This document shows, one piece after another, positions 25,904 to 35,994 of a stretch of DNA of 64,000 nt. The stretch is from an uncultured Spirochaetota bacterium (GTDB taxonomy: Bacteria; Spirochaetota; Spirochaetia; SZUA-6; Fen-1364), in NCBI GenBank assembly GCA_963845535.1, contig CAWJSK010000003.1, positions 1 through 64,000 of the forward strand. The letters are read 5' to 3'. Made by a program: the position numbers and the translations under genes. The notes beneath the pieces are model-generated. The model was not told where the DNA came from. It did not search any database and saw only the letters and a list, made by a program, of their open reading frames with translations. The number at the start of each line of letters is the position of its first letter. Within the stretch, counting starts at the first letter, position 1.

Positions 25904-28728
25904 AAACCATCACAATCAAAGGCGCCCGCGAGCACAACCTCAAGAACATCGATCTGTCCATACCGCGTGATTCCTTTGTGGTCATTTCCGGTCTCAGCGG
26001 ATCCGGCAAATCCTCCCTCGCGTTCGACACGATCTTCGCCGAGGGCCAGAGGCGGTACGTGGAGTCGCTGTCGTCCTACGCGCGCCAGTTCCTCGGGCGG
26101 CTGGACAAGCCCGACCTCGACTCCATCGAGGGTCTTTCGCCGGCAATCGCCATCGAGCAGAAGACGACGCACCGAAACCCGCGCTCAACGGTGGGCACGG
26201 TCACCGAAATCTATGACTACCTCCGGCTCTTGTTCGCCCGGGTGGGGATCCCGCACTGCCCCCAGTGCGGCAGGCAGATCCAGGAGCAGTCCGTTGACCA
26301 GGTGGTGGACTCCCTGCTCGTGCTGCCGGAAGGGACCCGCCTGATCCTCCTGGCTCCCATCGTGGGAGCGAAGAAGGGTGAGCACCAGAAACTGCTGGAT
26401 GACGCCCGTCGGATGGGCTACGTGCGCGCCCGGGTGGACGGGGAGATCGTGGCCCTCGAAGAGAAGATAACTCTCGACAGGAAGAAGAAACATTCGATCG
26501 AGATCGTGGTGGACAGGCTCACTGTTGCCCCCGAAGCCCGTCGGCGGCTCTCGGAATCCGTGGAAGGCGCCCTGGAGACGTCGGGCGGGACGATCATCGC
26601 CCTTGTCAAGGGAAAGGATTCCTTGGAGAAGGAAATCCTCTTCTCGCAGAAAAGCGCGTGCCCCACGTGCGGCATCAGCATCCCCGAGCTTGCGCCCCGG
26701 CTTTTCTCTTTCAACAACCCTTTCGGCGCGTGTCCGGAATGCTCCGGGCTGGGCGTGACGCTGGAGTTCGACAGGGATCTGGTCATCCCTGATCCAAGTC
26801 TTTCCTTCAACGAGGGCGGGATTGCTCCCTATAATCCGAAAGCGAACTGGCACCGGAGCCAGTTCGAGTCTCTGGCAAAGCACTTCACGTTTTCCCTCGA
26901 CACACCGCTCAAAGACCTGCCCAAGCCCGTCCTTCAGTCCATCCTCCATGGGACAAGCGAAAAAATCGACTTCCGCTATGAGAGCAAGGACGGCCGGGGG
27001 AAATGGGAGTTCGAATCCGGGTTTCGCGGCGTGCTGAACGACCTCAAGAGACGGTACCTCGAATCCACCTCCGAGCAGGTCAAGGAGTGGATGGAAGGGT
27101 ACATGTCGCAGAAAGAATGTGAGACCTGCGGAGGCACGCGCCTCAAGCCGGAGGTCCTGGCGGTAACCGTCGGGGGAAAAAACATCCACCAGGTCACGTG
27201 CCTTTCAGTCTCCAACGCGCTGGAGCTCTTCGAGGAGCTCGACCTTCCCCTGACCGCGCAGAAGATCGCGCGCCAGGTCCTCAAGGAAATCAATGCGCGG
27301 CTCACTTTCCTGCGCAACGTCGGGCTTTCGTATCTCACGCTGGAGCGCAAGGCTTCCACGCTGTCAGGCGGGGAGGCGCAGCGCATCAGGCTGGCCACGC
27401 AGATCGGCTCGTCACTGGTGGGCGTGCTGTACATCCTCGATGAGCCCACCATCGGCCTGCACCAGCGCGACAACACGCTCCTGATCGAAACGCTGAAACA
27501 CTTGCGGGACATCGGCAACACGCTCATTGTCGTGGAGCACGACGAGCAGACCCTGCGCACGGCGGACTATATCGTGGACCTTGGTCCCGGGGCGGGAGTC
27601 CACGGCGGGCACGTGGTGGCCGCCGGGACGGTGGCTCAGGTCTGCGCTTCGCCGCAGTCGCTCACGGGACAGTACCTCTCGGGAACGCTCGTCATGGAAC
27701 GGCCCCGGGAGCGCAGGCAGGGAAGCGGGAAGGAAATCGTTCTCCGAGGCGCCGCGGAGCACAACCTGAAGGACATCACCGTCTCCTTTCCCCTGGGGAA
27801 GCTTATTGCGATCACGGGGGTTTCCGGTTCGGGGAAGTCCAGCCTCCTTTCCGACCTCCTCTATCCCATCCTTTCCAACCGGGTCGGCGCAACCAGGCTG
27901 CCGGAAGGCCGCTATGAATCGGTGGAGGGCGTGGAGGAGATCGACAAGGTCATCGACATCGACCAGAGCGCCATCGGACGCACGCCACGCTCCAATCCGG
28001 CCACGTACATCGACCTCTTCGGGCCCATCCGCACGCTTTTTGCCCAGTTGCCGGAGGCCAAGGCAAAGGGCTACAAGAGCGGCCGCTTTTCCTTCAACGT
28101 CAAAGGGGGGAGGTGCGAGAAATGCCAGGGCGCCGGCACGCTGCGCATCGAGATGCACTTTCTGCCGGACGTCTACGTCACCTGCGACGTCTGCAAAGGG
28201 CGGAGATACAACCGCGAGACTCTCGACGTGCGCTACAAGGGGAAGAATATCCACGAAGTCCTCGAGATGACCGTGGAGGAAGCCCATGCGTTCTTCCGGC
28301 ACATACCCTCCATCGAGCCCAAGCTCAAGACGCTGCTCCAGGTGGGGCTGGGCTACGTCAGCCTCGGCCAGTCCGCCTTGACGCTCTCCGGGGGAGAGGC
28401 GCAGAGGGTGAAGCTGTCCCTGGAGCTTTCGCGAAAAAGCACCGGGCGAACGTTCTACATTCTCGATGAGCCGACAACCGGCCTGCATTTCGCGGACGTG
28501 AAAAAGCTCATGGAAGTGCTCCAGGTCCTGGTCGATAACGGGAACACCGTCGCTCTGATCGAGCATAACCTTGACGTCATTGCCAGCGCGGACCACGTGA
28601 TCGATCTCGGTCCCGAAGGCGGGGAGGACGGCGGAAAGATCGTCGCATGCGGCACTCCTGAACAGATTGCGCGCACGGACGGGTCGTGGACGGGAAAGTA
28701 TCTCAAGAGCGCTTTGAAAAAAAAGTAA
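25900..28728 (+). CDS. uvrA: Excinuclease ABC subunit A
   Basis: GAREHNLK, two Walker A motifs, LSGGEAQR twice, Zn fingers. Confidence 0.98.
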   Translation: MKTITIKGAREHNLKNIDLSIPRDSFVVISGLSGSGKSSLAFDTIFAEGQRRYVESLSSYARQFLGRLDKPDLDSIEGLSPAIAIEQKTTHRNPRSTVGTVTEIYDYLRLLFARVGIPHCPQCGRQIQEQSVDQVVDSLLVLPEGTRLILLAPIVGAKKGEHQKLLDDARRMGYVRARVDGEIVALEEKITLDRKKKHSIEIVVDRLTVAPEARRRLSESVEGALETSGGTIIALVKGKDSLEKEILFSQKSACPTCGISIPELAPRLFSFNNPFGACPECSGLGVTLEFDRDLVIPDPSLSFNEGGIAPYNPKANWHRSQFESLAKHFTFSLDTPLKDLPKPVLQSILHGTSEKIDFRYESKDGRGKWEFESGFRGVLNDLKRRYLESTSEQVKEWMEGYMSQKECETCGGTRLKPEVLAVTVGGKNIHQVTCLSVSNALELFEELDLPLTAQKIARQVLKEINARLTFLRNVGLSYLTLERKASTLSGGEAQRIRLATQIGSSLVGVLYILDEPTIGLHQRDNTLLIETLKHLRDIGNTLIVVEHDEQTLRTADYIVDLGPGAGVHGGHVVAAGTVAQVCASPQSLTGQYLSGTLVMERPRERRQGSGKEIVLRGAAEHNLKDITVSFPLGKLIAITGVSGSGKSSLLSDLLYPILSNRVGATRLPEGRYESVEGVEEIDKVIDIDQSAIGRTPRSNPATYIDLFGPIRTLFAQLPEAKAKGYKSGRFSFNVKGGRCEKCQGAGTLRIEMHFLPDVYVTCDVCKGRRYNRETLDVRYKGKNIHEVLEMTVEEAHAFFRHIPSIEPKLKTLLQVGLGYVSLGQSALTLSGGEAQRVKLSLELSRKSTGRTFYILDEPTTGLHFADVKKLMEVLQVLVDNGNTVALIEHNLDVIASADHVIDLGPEGGEDGGKIVACGTPEQIARTDGSWTGKYLKSALKKK

Positions 28729-31700
28729 TGAGGATTGCCGCCCTTGCCCTTCTGCTGGTGCTCCTCCCCGAGATCGCGGCAGCCCAGGCAAGCACGGGAG
28801 GCGGCCAGGGAACTTCAGGGGGACCCTCCTCAACACCAAGCCCGGCTCCTTCGACGGCCCCGACGCCGGTTCCAACGCCCCCACCGACTCCCAATCCGGC
28901 CGCCCTACCGGCCCCACCGGCCGCTCCTTCGCAGCCCACCGCGGAGAGCCTGGAGGCGGATACGCTGGGAGCGGACATTGCCTCCGCGAGCTACTACGAG
29001 CTGGTGAGCTGGTGCGACCGCCTGGGGTTGGACGACTCGGGCTCCCGCAAGGACCTCCAAGCACGGCTTGCTGACCACTACAAGGTCAAGCTGCCCCTGG
29101 AAGCCATCAAAGGGCAGCGGGTGATATCGGTGAAGTCCGCGCGGGAATCCCAGTATTACACGCTGCCGGAGGTGAATGAGAAGTACGTAGTCCTGCGCGG
29201 AGGCGTTGACATCGAGATACGGGATCAGACCCACGGGTCGGTGGAGGAGGTCAAGGCGGACAACGTGACGTACAACCAGACTCGCCATACCATGTCCGCG
29301 CAAGGGGACGTTTCTTACACCATCACGAAGGGACAGGAAACGCAGAACTACACCGGCAAGAGTTTTTCTTTCGATCTCGACTCTTCCGAAGGCGTTTTTT
29401 ATGACGGCACGACGACAAAGGATACGACGCAGGGGGACACGAAGCTGACGTACACCTTCGCGGGGACCACGATCTCGAGGCTTTCCAACAACACGGTCAT
29501 CCTCAAGGACGGAAGCTTCACGACCAGCCAGCCCGTTGACCCTTTCTGGCGGATCAGGGCGAGTGACGTCTGGATCCTGGCTCCCAGCGAATGGGCAATC
29601 GACAACGCGGTGCTGATGGTGGGGAGGGTCCCGCTTCTCTACATCCCCGCATTCTTCTGGCCGGGGGATGAGCTGTTCTTTCACCCGAATCCCGGCTACG
29701 ACAACAGGTTAGGGGTGTACGTCCAGACCACGACGTACCTGCTGGGACGGAAAACAACGGCTGACAACCCGTTCTCTTTCCTTCAGATCTCGGACACCGG
29801 CGCTCCTGCCTACCGTGAAGAGCTGAGGGGCCTTTTCCTGCGCAAGATCCCCGGAGAAAGTCCCCCTCCGGACAAAGGGACTTTGAAGTTTCTTCTGGAC
29901 GGCTACTCGCGGCTCGGAGTGTTCACGGGCCTGAACGGAGATTTCCCGCCCGTTGCCAGTTTCCGCCTCGGGTTGGGGTTCAGCAGGAGCTTGTTCCTGT
30001 ATACGGATCCGACCGGGGCCCAATACTACACTCCGTACTATTCGCAGAGCGGGCTCATGTACTGGAATACCTCCTCCATCCTGGGAGCGCTGCTGCCATT
30101 CCGATTCGGCATGGACGGCAGCATCCAGAACTCCTCCGACGTCTACTCCCTGAGCTGGAAGTTCGCGTATTACTCGGACCCGACTTTCATCTCGGACTTC
30201 TATAACCGAAGCGAAGGGCTCAATTTCCAGGCCTTGCTGCAGCCCACCACGCTGAACCCCGTGCAGACGGCGGCCACCGCCACCCAGCCCAACCTGTCCT
30301 GGGACTACGTCAGCAAGCTCGACCTGACCAAGAGCCTGAAGTCTCCCTTCATCCAATCCATCTCCTTCCCCACGCTCAACCTGAACGTGACGTGGCAGAG
30401 CAAGGACGTCCCGGGGGCTACCGCGGACCCGCTGTATTCGGATCCCGGTCATACCTTCTATTACCCCTCGAGCATCACGTTCCCCAACATCTCATTTGCG
30501 GTTTCCGGCGAGTTGTTGAAGCTCGGGAACTCAAACGGGGTGACGCCGCAGGCTGGCGCGGGGACATCCACCTCTACGACGCCCTCCACGGGCGCCGCTG
30601 CGGCGCCTTCGACAAACGGCGCAACTCCGTCCCCAGCCGCTCCCGCTTCGACTGTCGGTGCCGCGCCGACTCCGCCCGCGAGCCAGTCGGGAGCCTCCGC
30701 AGGCCTGCCTGGCGGGCAGGCACAGCAGGGAGCCGCAGCGCAGCCCGGGACGGCGGCCCAGCCTGGGGCACAAAGCCAGCCCGGCGCGCAAGGCCAGAAC
30801 GCGCAGGCCGCGGCCCCGGAGGTCAAGGATCCTGGGAAGGGCTTGCGATCTCCGCTCGCCGAAAAGCCCCAGACTGAGGAGCAAAAGCAAGGCGCGCGTT
30901 CCCTCTATCGCGAGCCGGACCTCTGGCCGGATGCCAACGCGGAGGGAGCCGGCCTGGGATCAACCCTCGATATAACCTACCAGGTCCAGCCGCGCGCCAC
31001 CTTGCAGCACACCTTCGACAGCACGAACTGGACCACGCCACAGAACATCGACTACGGGATCCTGTACCAGACCCTGGATACCGGCGGATCCGGCCAGCTC
31101 ACGACCGCTGCCTCCCTCTGGGACAGGCTCATGGACGTTTCGACGGGCTTCAACATCGACGGCGAGTTCCGGCAGCGGTTCAATCCGGACCAGAACGCGT
31201 TGAACAGCACCATCCAACCCTGGCAGAGCCTCCTGCAGAGCGACCTGTACCAGGACAGGTTCACGCTCACGGGGACGTTCCAGACCACTCTGCGCCCCCT
31301 CCTCACCGTGCCCCATTTTTCAGATTCCACCCTGTCCTACCGGCTCGGGTTGAGGATGTACCAGCTCAGCTACATGGGGGTCACGCCAACCCTTACTCCG
31401 CAGGGGCCATTCACCCCGGACGCCCTCTCCGACAACTCCCTGCAATCCTCGATCTTGTACCAGTCCGGCCTCTTCACCAACAACCTCAGCCTGACCATGC
31501 AGGTCCTTCCGCTCTCCTCCCTGTACACGGCCCTGGAACAGGCGGGGACGCCCAGCGTCTCGGGGAAGGTCCAGGCGCAGGGGTCGTTGCCGACAATCGG
31601 CACTCCGCAGCCTTTCGTGTTGACGAGCATCCTGGACCTCTTCGCTTCCAACGTCGAGCTCTCCGAGGCATTTCAGTTCGATCCAACTGCCTCCACGGTC

Positions 31701-32303
31701 CAGACGGCAACGACCCAGGCCAAGGCATGGTGGCTCACCGGGTCCTACGTGGCCCAGCAGATGAACGGGTCGCTCACCCCCTCGACGCTGAACCTCGGCC
31801 TCAACACGGGAAGCAACCCGCAGTGGTTCTGGAAGGACAGGATCAAGGTGGACGCCTCCGTGCAGTCCTCCTACAACGTCAACCTGCAGACGCCCATGGT
31901 CAATGAGCTGGATTTCACGTTCAACCTCAATTTCTCCATCTACAAGTTTCTCGATATCACGTTCTCCTCGACGTCGTACAACAACCAGACGTACCTGTAT
32001 TTTGCCCCGTACAACGTGAACCCGCTCACCGACCTCTTCAAGTCCTTCAATTTTTTCAACATCCAGGACCGCTACCAGTCGAACTTCAAGATCAGGTCGC
32101 TCTCCATGACGATCGTGCACCACCTGAGAGACTGGGACGTCTCCCTCACGTACTCCGGCTCTCCGCAGCTCACCACCACCGCAAGCGGCGCGCAGACCAT
32201 CCAGTGGAATCCCAGCTTCACGTTCCAGGTCAAGTGGATAGCCGTGCCGTTCCTCCAGAGCACCGTCCAGGGGGACTATACGGGTGTCACCGTTCTCAAT
32301 TGA
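28728..32303 (+). CDS. lptD: LptD-like outer-membrane protein with Pro/Ala/Gln-rich inserts
   Basis: Signal peptide; N-terminal beta-jellyroll-like region (GRVPLLYIPAFFWPG..GY..RLG); aromatic-rich beta-strand C-terminus. Confidence 0.65.
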   Translation: MRIAALALLLVLLPEIAAAQASTGGGQGTSGGPSSTPSPAPSTAPTPVPTPPPTPNPAALPAPPAAPSQPTAESLEADTLGADIASASYYELVSWCDRLGLDDSGSRKDLQARLADHYKVKLPLEAIKGQRVISVKSARESQYYTLPEVNEKYVVLRGGVDIEIRDQTHGSVEEVKADNVTYNQTRHTMSAQGDVSYTITKGQETQNYTGKSFSFDLDSSEGVFYDGTTTKDTTQGDTKLTYTFAGTTISRLSNNTVILKDGSFTTSQPVDPFWRIRASDVWILAPSEWAIDNAVLMVGRVPLLYIPAFFWPGDELFFHPNPGYDNRLGVYVQTTTYLLGRKTTADNPFSFLQISDTGAPAYREELRGLFLRKIPGESPPPDKGTLKFLLDGYSRLGVFTGLNGDFPPVASFRLGLGFSRSLFLYTDPTGAQYYTPYYSQSGLMYWNTSSILGALLPFRFGMDGSIQNSSDVYSLSWKFAYYSDPTFISDFYNRSEGLNFQALLQPTTLNPVQTAATATQPNLSWDYVSKLDLTKSLKSPFIQSISFPTLNLNVTWQSKDVPGATADPLYSDPGHTFYYPSSITFPNISFAVSGELLKLGNSNGVTPQAGAGTSTSTTPSTGAAAAPSTNGATPSPAAPASTVGAAPTPPASQSGASAGLPGGQAQQGAAAQPGTAAQPGAQSQPGAQGQNAQAAAPEVKDPGKGLRSPLAEKPQTEEQKQGARSLYREPDLWPDANAEGAGLGSTLDITYQVQPRATLQHTFDSTNWTTPQNIDYGILYQTLDTGGSGQLTTAASLWDRLMDVSTGFNIDGEFRQRFNPDQNALNSTIQPWQSLLQSDLYQDRFTLTGTFQTTLRPLLTVPHFSDSTLSYRLGLRMYQLSYMGVTPTLTPQGPFTPDALSDNSLQSSILYQSGLFTNNLSLTMQVLPLSSLYTALEQAGTPSVSGKVQAQGSLPTIGTPQPFVLTSILDLFASNVELSEAFQFDPTASTVQTATTQAKAWWLTGSYVAQQMNGSLTPSTLNLGLNTGSNPQWFWKDRIKVDASVQSSYNVNLQTPMVNELDFTFNLNFSIYKFLDITFSSTSYNNQTYLYFAPYNVNPLTDLFKSFNFFNIQDRYQSNFKIRSLSMTIVHHLRDWDVSLTYSGSPQLTTTASGAQTIQWNPSFTFQVKWIAVPFLQSTVQGDYTGVTVLN

Positions 32304-32345
32304 CGAGTGACGGAAAATTCGACTACGATACAGTCAGTGAGTTCA

Positions 32346-33305
32346 ATGGACAAGCCGCTGGCCGTTGTGGTGAGCGACCAGACCATCCTGCCGGAAATCT
32401 GCGGAGCCAACGACAGCAATCTCAAGGTCCTGGAAGAGCTTCTCGGAGCGCCCGTTTTTTCCCGGGGAAACGAAATCCTTCTCGACACCACGGATGACGC
32501 CGTCGAGCGGACGTTCAAGCTGCTCCTGCAAAGGCTGGAGGAGCACGTCAGGCTCGGGCAGCTTCCCGGGCCGGACCTGATCCGCTCCCTGCACAGCTCC
32601 CTGACGAACGGGGAATCCGAGAAGGCTGACTTCCTGAAGCGCAACCTCGTGGTCATCCCGAACGGGCATCGCAAGGTGTATCCGCGCACGTACAACCAGG
32701 CTCTGTACCTGGACGCCATCGAGCGCAAAGAGCTGGTCTTCGGCGTGGGACCTGCGGGGACGGGCAAGACGTACCTCGCCGTGGCACAGGCGTTGAAGCA
32801 GGTGCTCGGACAGGCCCGGCGAAAGCTCATCATCACGCGTCCCGTCGTTGAGGCGGGGGAGAGCCTCGGGTTCCTGCCGGGAGACCTCACGCAGAAAATC
32901 CACCCCTACCTGCGCCCCCTGTACGACGCCATCGAGTCCCTCATCCCAATGGAGTCGTTTCGCCGCATGGAGGAGAACGGCGTCATCGAGATCGCTCCCC
33001 TGGCATACATGAGGGGCCGCACTCTCTCGGAGGCGTTCATCATCCTCGATGAGGCGCAGAACACGACGCGCGAGCAGATGAAGATGTTCCTCACGAGGAT
33101 CGGGGAGAACGCCAGGACGGTGATCACCGGGGACATCACGCAGATCGACCTTCCCAGAAAATCCGACTCCGGCCTCCTTACGGTCATCCCCATCCTCAAG
33201 ACCATTCGGGAGATCAGCTTCACGTTCTTCGAGGAAAACGACGTCGTGCGAAACCCGCTTGTGCGGAAAATCGTCCACGCATACGAAACAGCGCATGAAG
33301 AGTGA
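32346..33305 (+). CDS. phoH: PhoH-family ATPase
   Basis: GPAGTGKTYLA, TRPVVEAGESLGFLPG, YMRGRT, DEAQN, GDITQIDL. Confidence 0.95.
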   Translation: MDKPLAVVVSDQTILPEICGANDSNLKVLEELLGAPVFSRGNEILLDTTDDAVERTFKLLLQRLEEHVRLGQLPGPDLIRSLHSSLTNGESEKADFLKRNLVVIPNGHRKVYPRTYNQALYLDAIERKELVFGVGPAGTGKTYLAVAQALKQVLGQARRKLIITRPVVEAGESLGFLPGDLTQKIHPYLRPLYDAIESLIPMESFRRMEENGVIEIAPLAYMRGRTLSEAFIILDEAQNTTREQMKMFLTRIGENARTVITGDITQIDLPRKSDSGLLTVIPILKTIREISFTFFEENDVVRNPLVRKIVHAYETAHEE

Positions 33306-35520
33306 CCCGTGGCTGATACCCGCCCGGGCGGGGGATTTCATTCGCCGGCTGGGCAGGGAGAAATGGACCACCCTTGGGGTGGCTGTCACCTTCATCCTTG
33401 CCGTTGCGGCAGTCCTTGCCGTTACCCAGACCGGCGGCATTTTCCCGGAGGACCGTCTTCCCCAGGTCACCGTCGGTGAAGCAGCGCAGCGGGACTACGT
33501 GGTGGAACGGGACTTCCCCTACGTTGACGTCAGGGCCACGGAGATCAAGCGCGACGCTCGGGAGAGGCTCGTGCCTCCCGTGTTCACGTTGAGCGACTCG
33601 GTGACGCGGGATGCGCTCCTGTCCTATGACCGCTTTTCCCAGTCGTTTTCCCGATGGCGCGCAATGGGGCTCTCCCCGGCAACCATCCATGAAAAAGTGC
33701 AGGCAGACTTCCCCGGCCGCTTGTCCAGGGATGACGTAGTCTCCCTGTCCCGTTCGGCGGACCCCGCGCGGCTTCTGGATGACGCTCGGAGCCTCATCGA
33801 GGTGGCGCTTTCCCGCGGGGTGACTGACCTGACGGGGCACCGTGACGAGGCGCTGGCCGCCGGGGCCATCGAGCTTCGGCGAACGCAGGACGGCCTGGCG
33901 CAGTCGGAGGAAGTTCCCCTGGACCAGGTGTTGACGCCCGACAGCGTCACGGACCAGATGGCGGACCGGGTTGTGGAGCGGGCGCATGGCGACTCTGAGA
34001 AGCGCGCCATCCTGGCGCTCCTGCGGTCTTTCGCGGTCGTGAACAGTTTCTCGGATTCGCAGTTGACCGAGGAACGGCGCAACCGGGCGCGGGCGGATGT
34101 CGACCCGGTGGTGGAAAAAATGGCGCGGGGCCAGGTGCTCGTGAGGCGGGGGGACGTTGTCACGGAACCCATCGCGCTGCGCATCCAGGCCCTTGACTCC
34201 TACATGCGGACTCTCGACGTGAACGGGATAATAGGGAGCGTCCTCTTCCTCCTGGTCACCTTCACTCTCACGTTTTACCTGCTGGGCATGCGCGGCGGCG
34301 GCTCTTTCCGCCGTGACAGCGCGTTCCTGCTCCTGGGCCTGGGGCTGGCGCACGTGGCGGTGAGCGCTTTCGTGATGCGTTTCGTGGATCTCCCGGACTG
34401 GGTACCGGTTGCCACGGCCATCCCCACGGCGGCCATGGCCATGTTCGTCGCCATCCTCATCTCCACGCCTGTCGGGGTGTTCTTCTCACTCGCCGTCTCC
34501 CTTGCCCTTCTCCTGCTGACCGGGTTGAGCGTGCCGAGCTTCCTCTTCGCGTTCCTGAGCGGCGTGGCTGCAACGGCGGTGGTGCGGGACGCCGACAGGC
34601 GCCTGGACATCATCAGGGCGGGGCTCGTATTGTCCCTGCTCTCCGCTGGCATCCTCGTGATGCTCGGCGTGCTCGCCAACGATGAGCCCGGCCGGCTTCT
34701 CCCTCTTGCGGCGTTTGCGGTTGCCAACGGGTTCCTCTGCAGTATCCTCGCCCTAGCTTTCCTCCCCGTCTTCGAGTACCTCCTGAACGCCCCGACCCGC
34801 TTCAAGCTGATGGAGCTTTCAGACCTCAATTCCCCGATCTTCAAGAAGATGCTGTCCCAGGCGCCGGGGACCTATACGCACTCCATCAGCGTCGCCAACC
34901 TCGCGGAGACCGCCTGCGAAGCCATCGGGGCCAATTCTCTGCTTGCCCGCGTGAGCGCGTACTACCATGACATCGGGAAGGTGGACCAGGCCGACTACTT
35001 CATAGAGAACCAGAAAGCGTTCAACCGGCATGACGCCATGAAGCCCAGCCTTTCGGCGGCGGTGATCAAGAGTCACGTGCGCATCGGCATCGAGAAGGCC
35101 CGCGAGCTGCGGCTCCCCCAGGCGCTCGTGGACATCATTGCGCAGCACCATGGCAGGGGGCTGATCACGTTCTTCTACAACCGGGCGGTCAAGGAAGGGA
35201 GAAACCCGCGCGTCTCGCGGGATGACTACTCGTATCCGGGCGTCCGGCCGAAGACCCGGGAAGCCGCGGTGCTCATGCTCGCGGACAGCGTCGAAGCCGC
35301 CTCCCGCACGCTCAAGCGGCCCACGGAGGCCCGGCTGGAGAAGCTCGTGCAGGACATGATATTGGAGAAGTTTTCCTCCGGGGAGCTGGGAGACTCCAAT
35401 CTCACCCTCCGGGACCTCGAGTCAATACGGAAGAGCTTCGTGCACATCCTGGAGGGATACTTCCACACGCGAATCGAGTACCCCAAGATCGTACAGACGC
35501 GGAGCGCGGCCTCGAAATGA
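33295..35520 (+). CDS. 7TM-HD phosphohydrolase (PgpH-like putative c-di-AMP phosphodiesterase)
   Basis: Extracytoplasmic domain, ~7 TM, APGTYTHS, YYHDIGK, QHHG, MLADSVEAA; phoH-HD-ybeY synteny. Confidence 0.88.
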   Translation: MKSDPWLIPARAGDFIRRLGREKWTTLGVAVTFILAVAAVLAVTQTGGIFPEDRLPQVTVGEAAQRDYVVERDFPYVDVRATEIKRDARERLVPPVFTLSDSVTRDALLSYDRFSQSFSRWRAMGLSPATIHEKVQADFPGRLSRDDVVSLSRSADPARLLDDARSLIEVALSRGVTDLTGHRDEALAAGAIELRRTQDGLAQSEEVPLDQVLTPDSVTDQMADRVVERAHGDSEKRAILALLRSFAVVNSFSDSQLTEERRNRARADVDPVVEKMARGQVLVRRGDVVTEPIALRIQALDSYMRTLDVNGIIGSVLFLLVTFTLTFYLLGMRGGGSFRRDSAFLLLGLGLAHVAVSAFVMRFVDLPDWVPVATAIPTAAMAMFVAILISTPVGVFFSLAVSLALLLLTGLSVPSFLFAFLSGVAATAVVRDADRRLDIIRAGLVLSLLSAGILVMLGVLANDEPGRLLPLAAFAVANGFLCSILALAFLPVFEYLLNAPTRFKLMELSDLNSPIFKKMLSQAPGTYTHSISVANLAETACEAIGANSLLARVSAYYHDIGKVDQADYFIENQKAFNRHDAMKPSLSAAVIKSHVRIGIEKARELRLPQALVDIIAQHHGRGLITFFYNRAVKEGRNPRVSRDDYSYPGVRPKTREAAVLMLADSVEAASRTLKRPTEARLEKLVQDMILEKFSSGELGDSNLTLRDLESIRKSFVHILEGYFHTRIEYPKIVQTRSAASK

Positions 35521-35994
35521 CCCGCAGCATCGAAGTCGCGGTGGAAGGCGTGCGCCCGCCGCAGTGGCGCGCGGGGCTCAGAAGGTTCTGCGTCCGTGTC
35601 CTGAATGAAGCGGGGGCGGGCCAATGGGAGCTGTCCTTCCTTCTGTGCAACGACGCGCGAATGCGGCAGCTCAACAACCGCTACCGGGGAAAGGACCGCC
35701 CCACGGACGTCCTTTCCTTCCCTCGGGAAGCTTCCTCGGGGAAGGCCGGCCCCGCGGCATGAGAAGATCTCGGACGCCCCCGTAGCGGGGGACATCGCCA
35801 TATCCCTGGACACCATGAGGCGCAATGCCCTCGATTTCGAGGTCTCAGAGGACGAGGAGTTGAAACGTCTTGTCGTTCACGGGATACTGCACTGTGCCGG
35901 AATGGACCACGGCGCGGGAAAGGGCAGGGGGATGCTCGTGTTCCAGGAGCGCCTGCTGGATGCGCTGAAAGAAGTGAGGATCATCGGGAAGTGA
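35517..35994 (+). pseudogene. ybeY: rRNA maturation endoribonuclease YbeY split by a +1 frameshift (pseudogene or sequence error)
   Basis: LNNRYRGKDRPTDVLSF in one frame ending at TGA 35760; GDIAIS and HGILHCAGMDH in the +1 frame to 35994. Confidence 0.85.

Noticed and set aside
35760..35762. TGA in ybeY as selenocysteine or readthrough
   Set aside because: The downstream half is in a different frame, so readthrough would not restore YbeY
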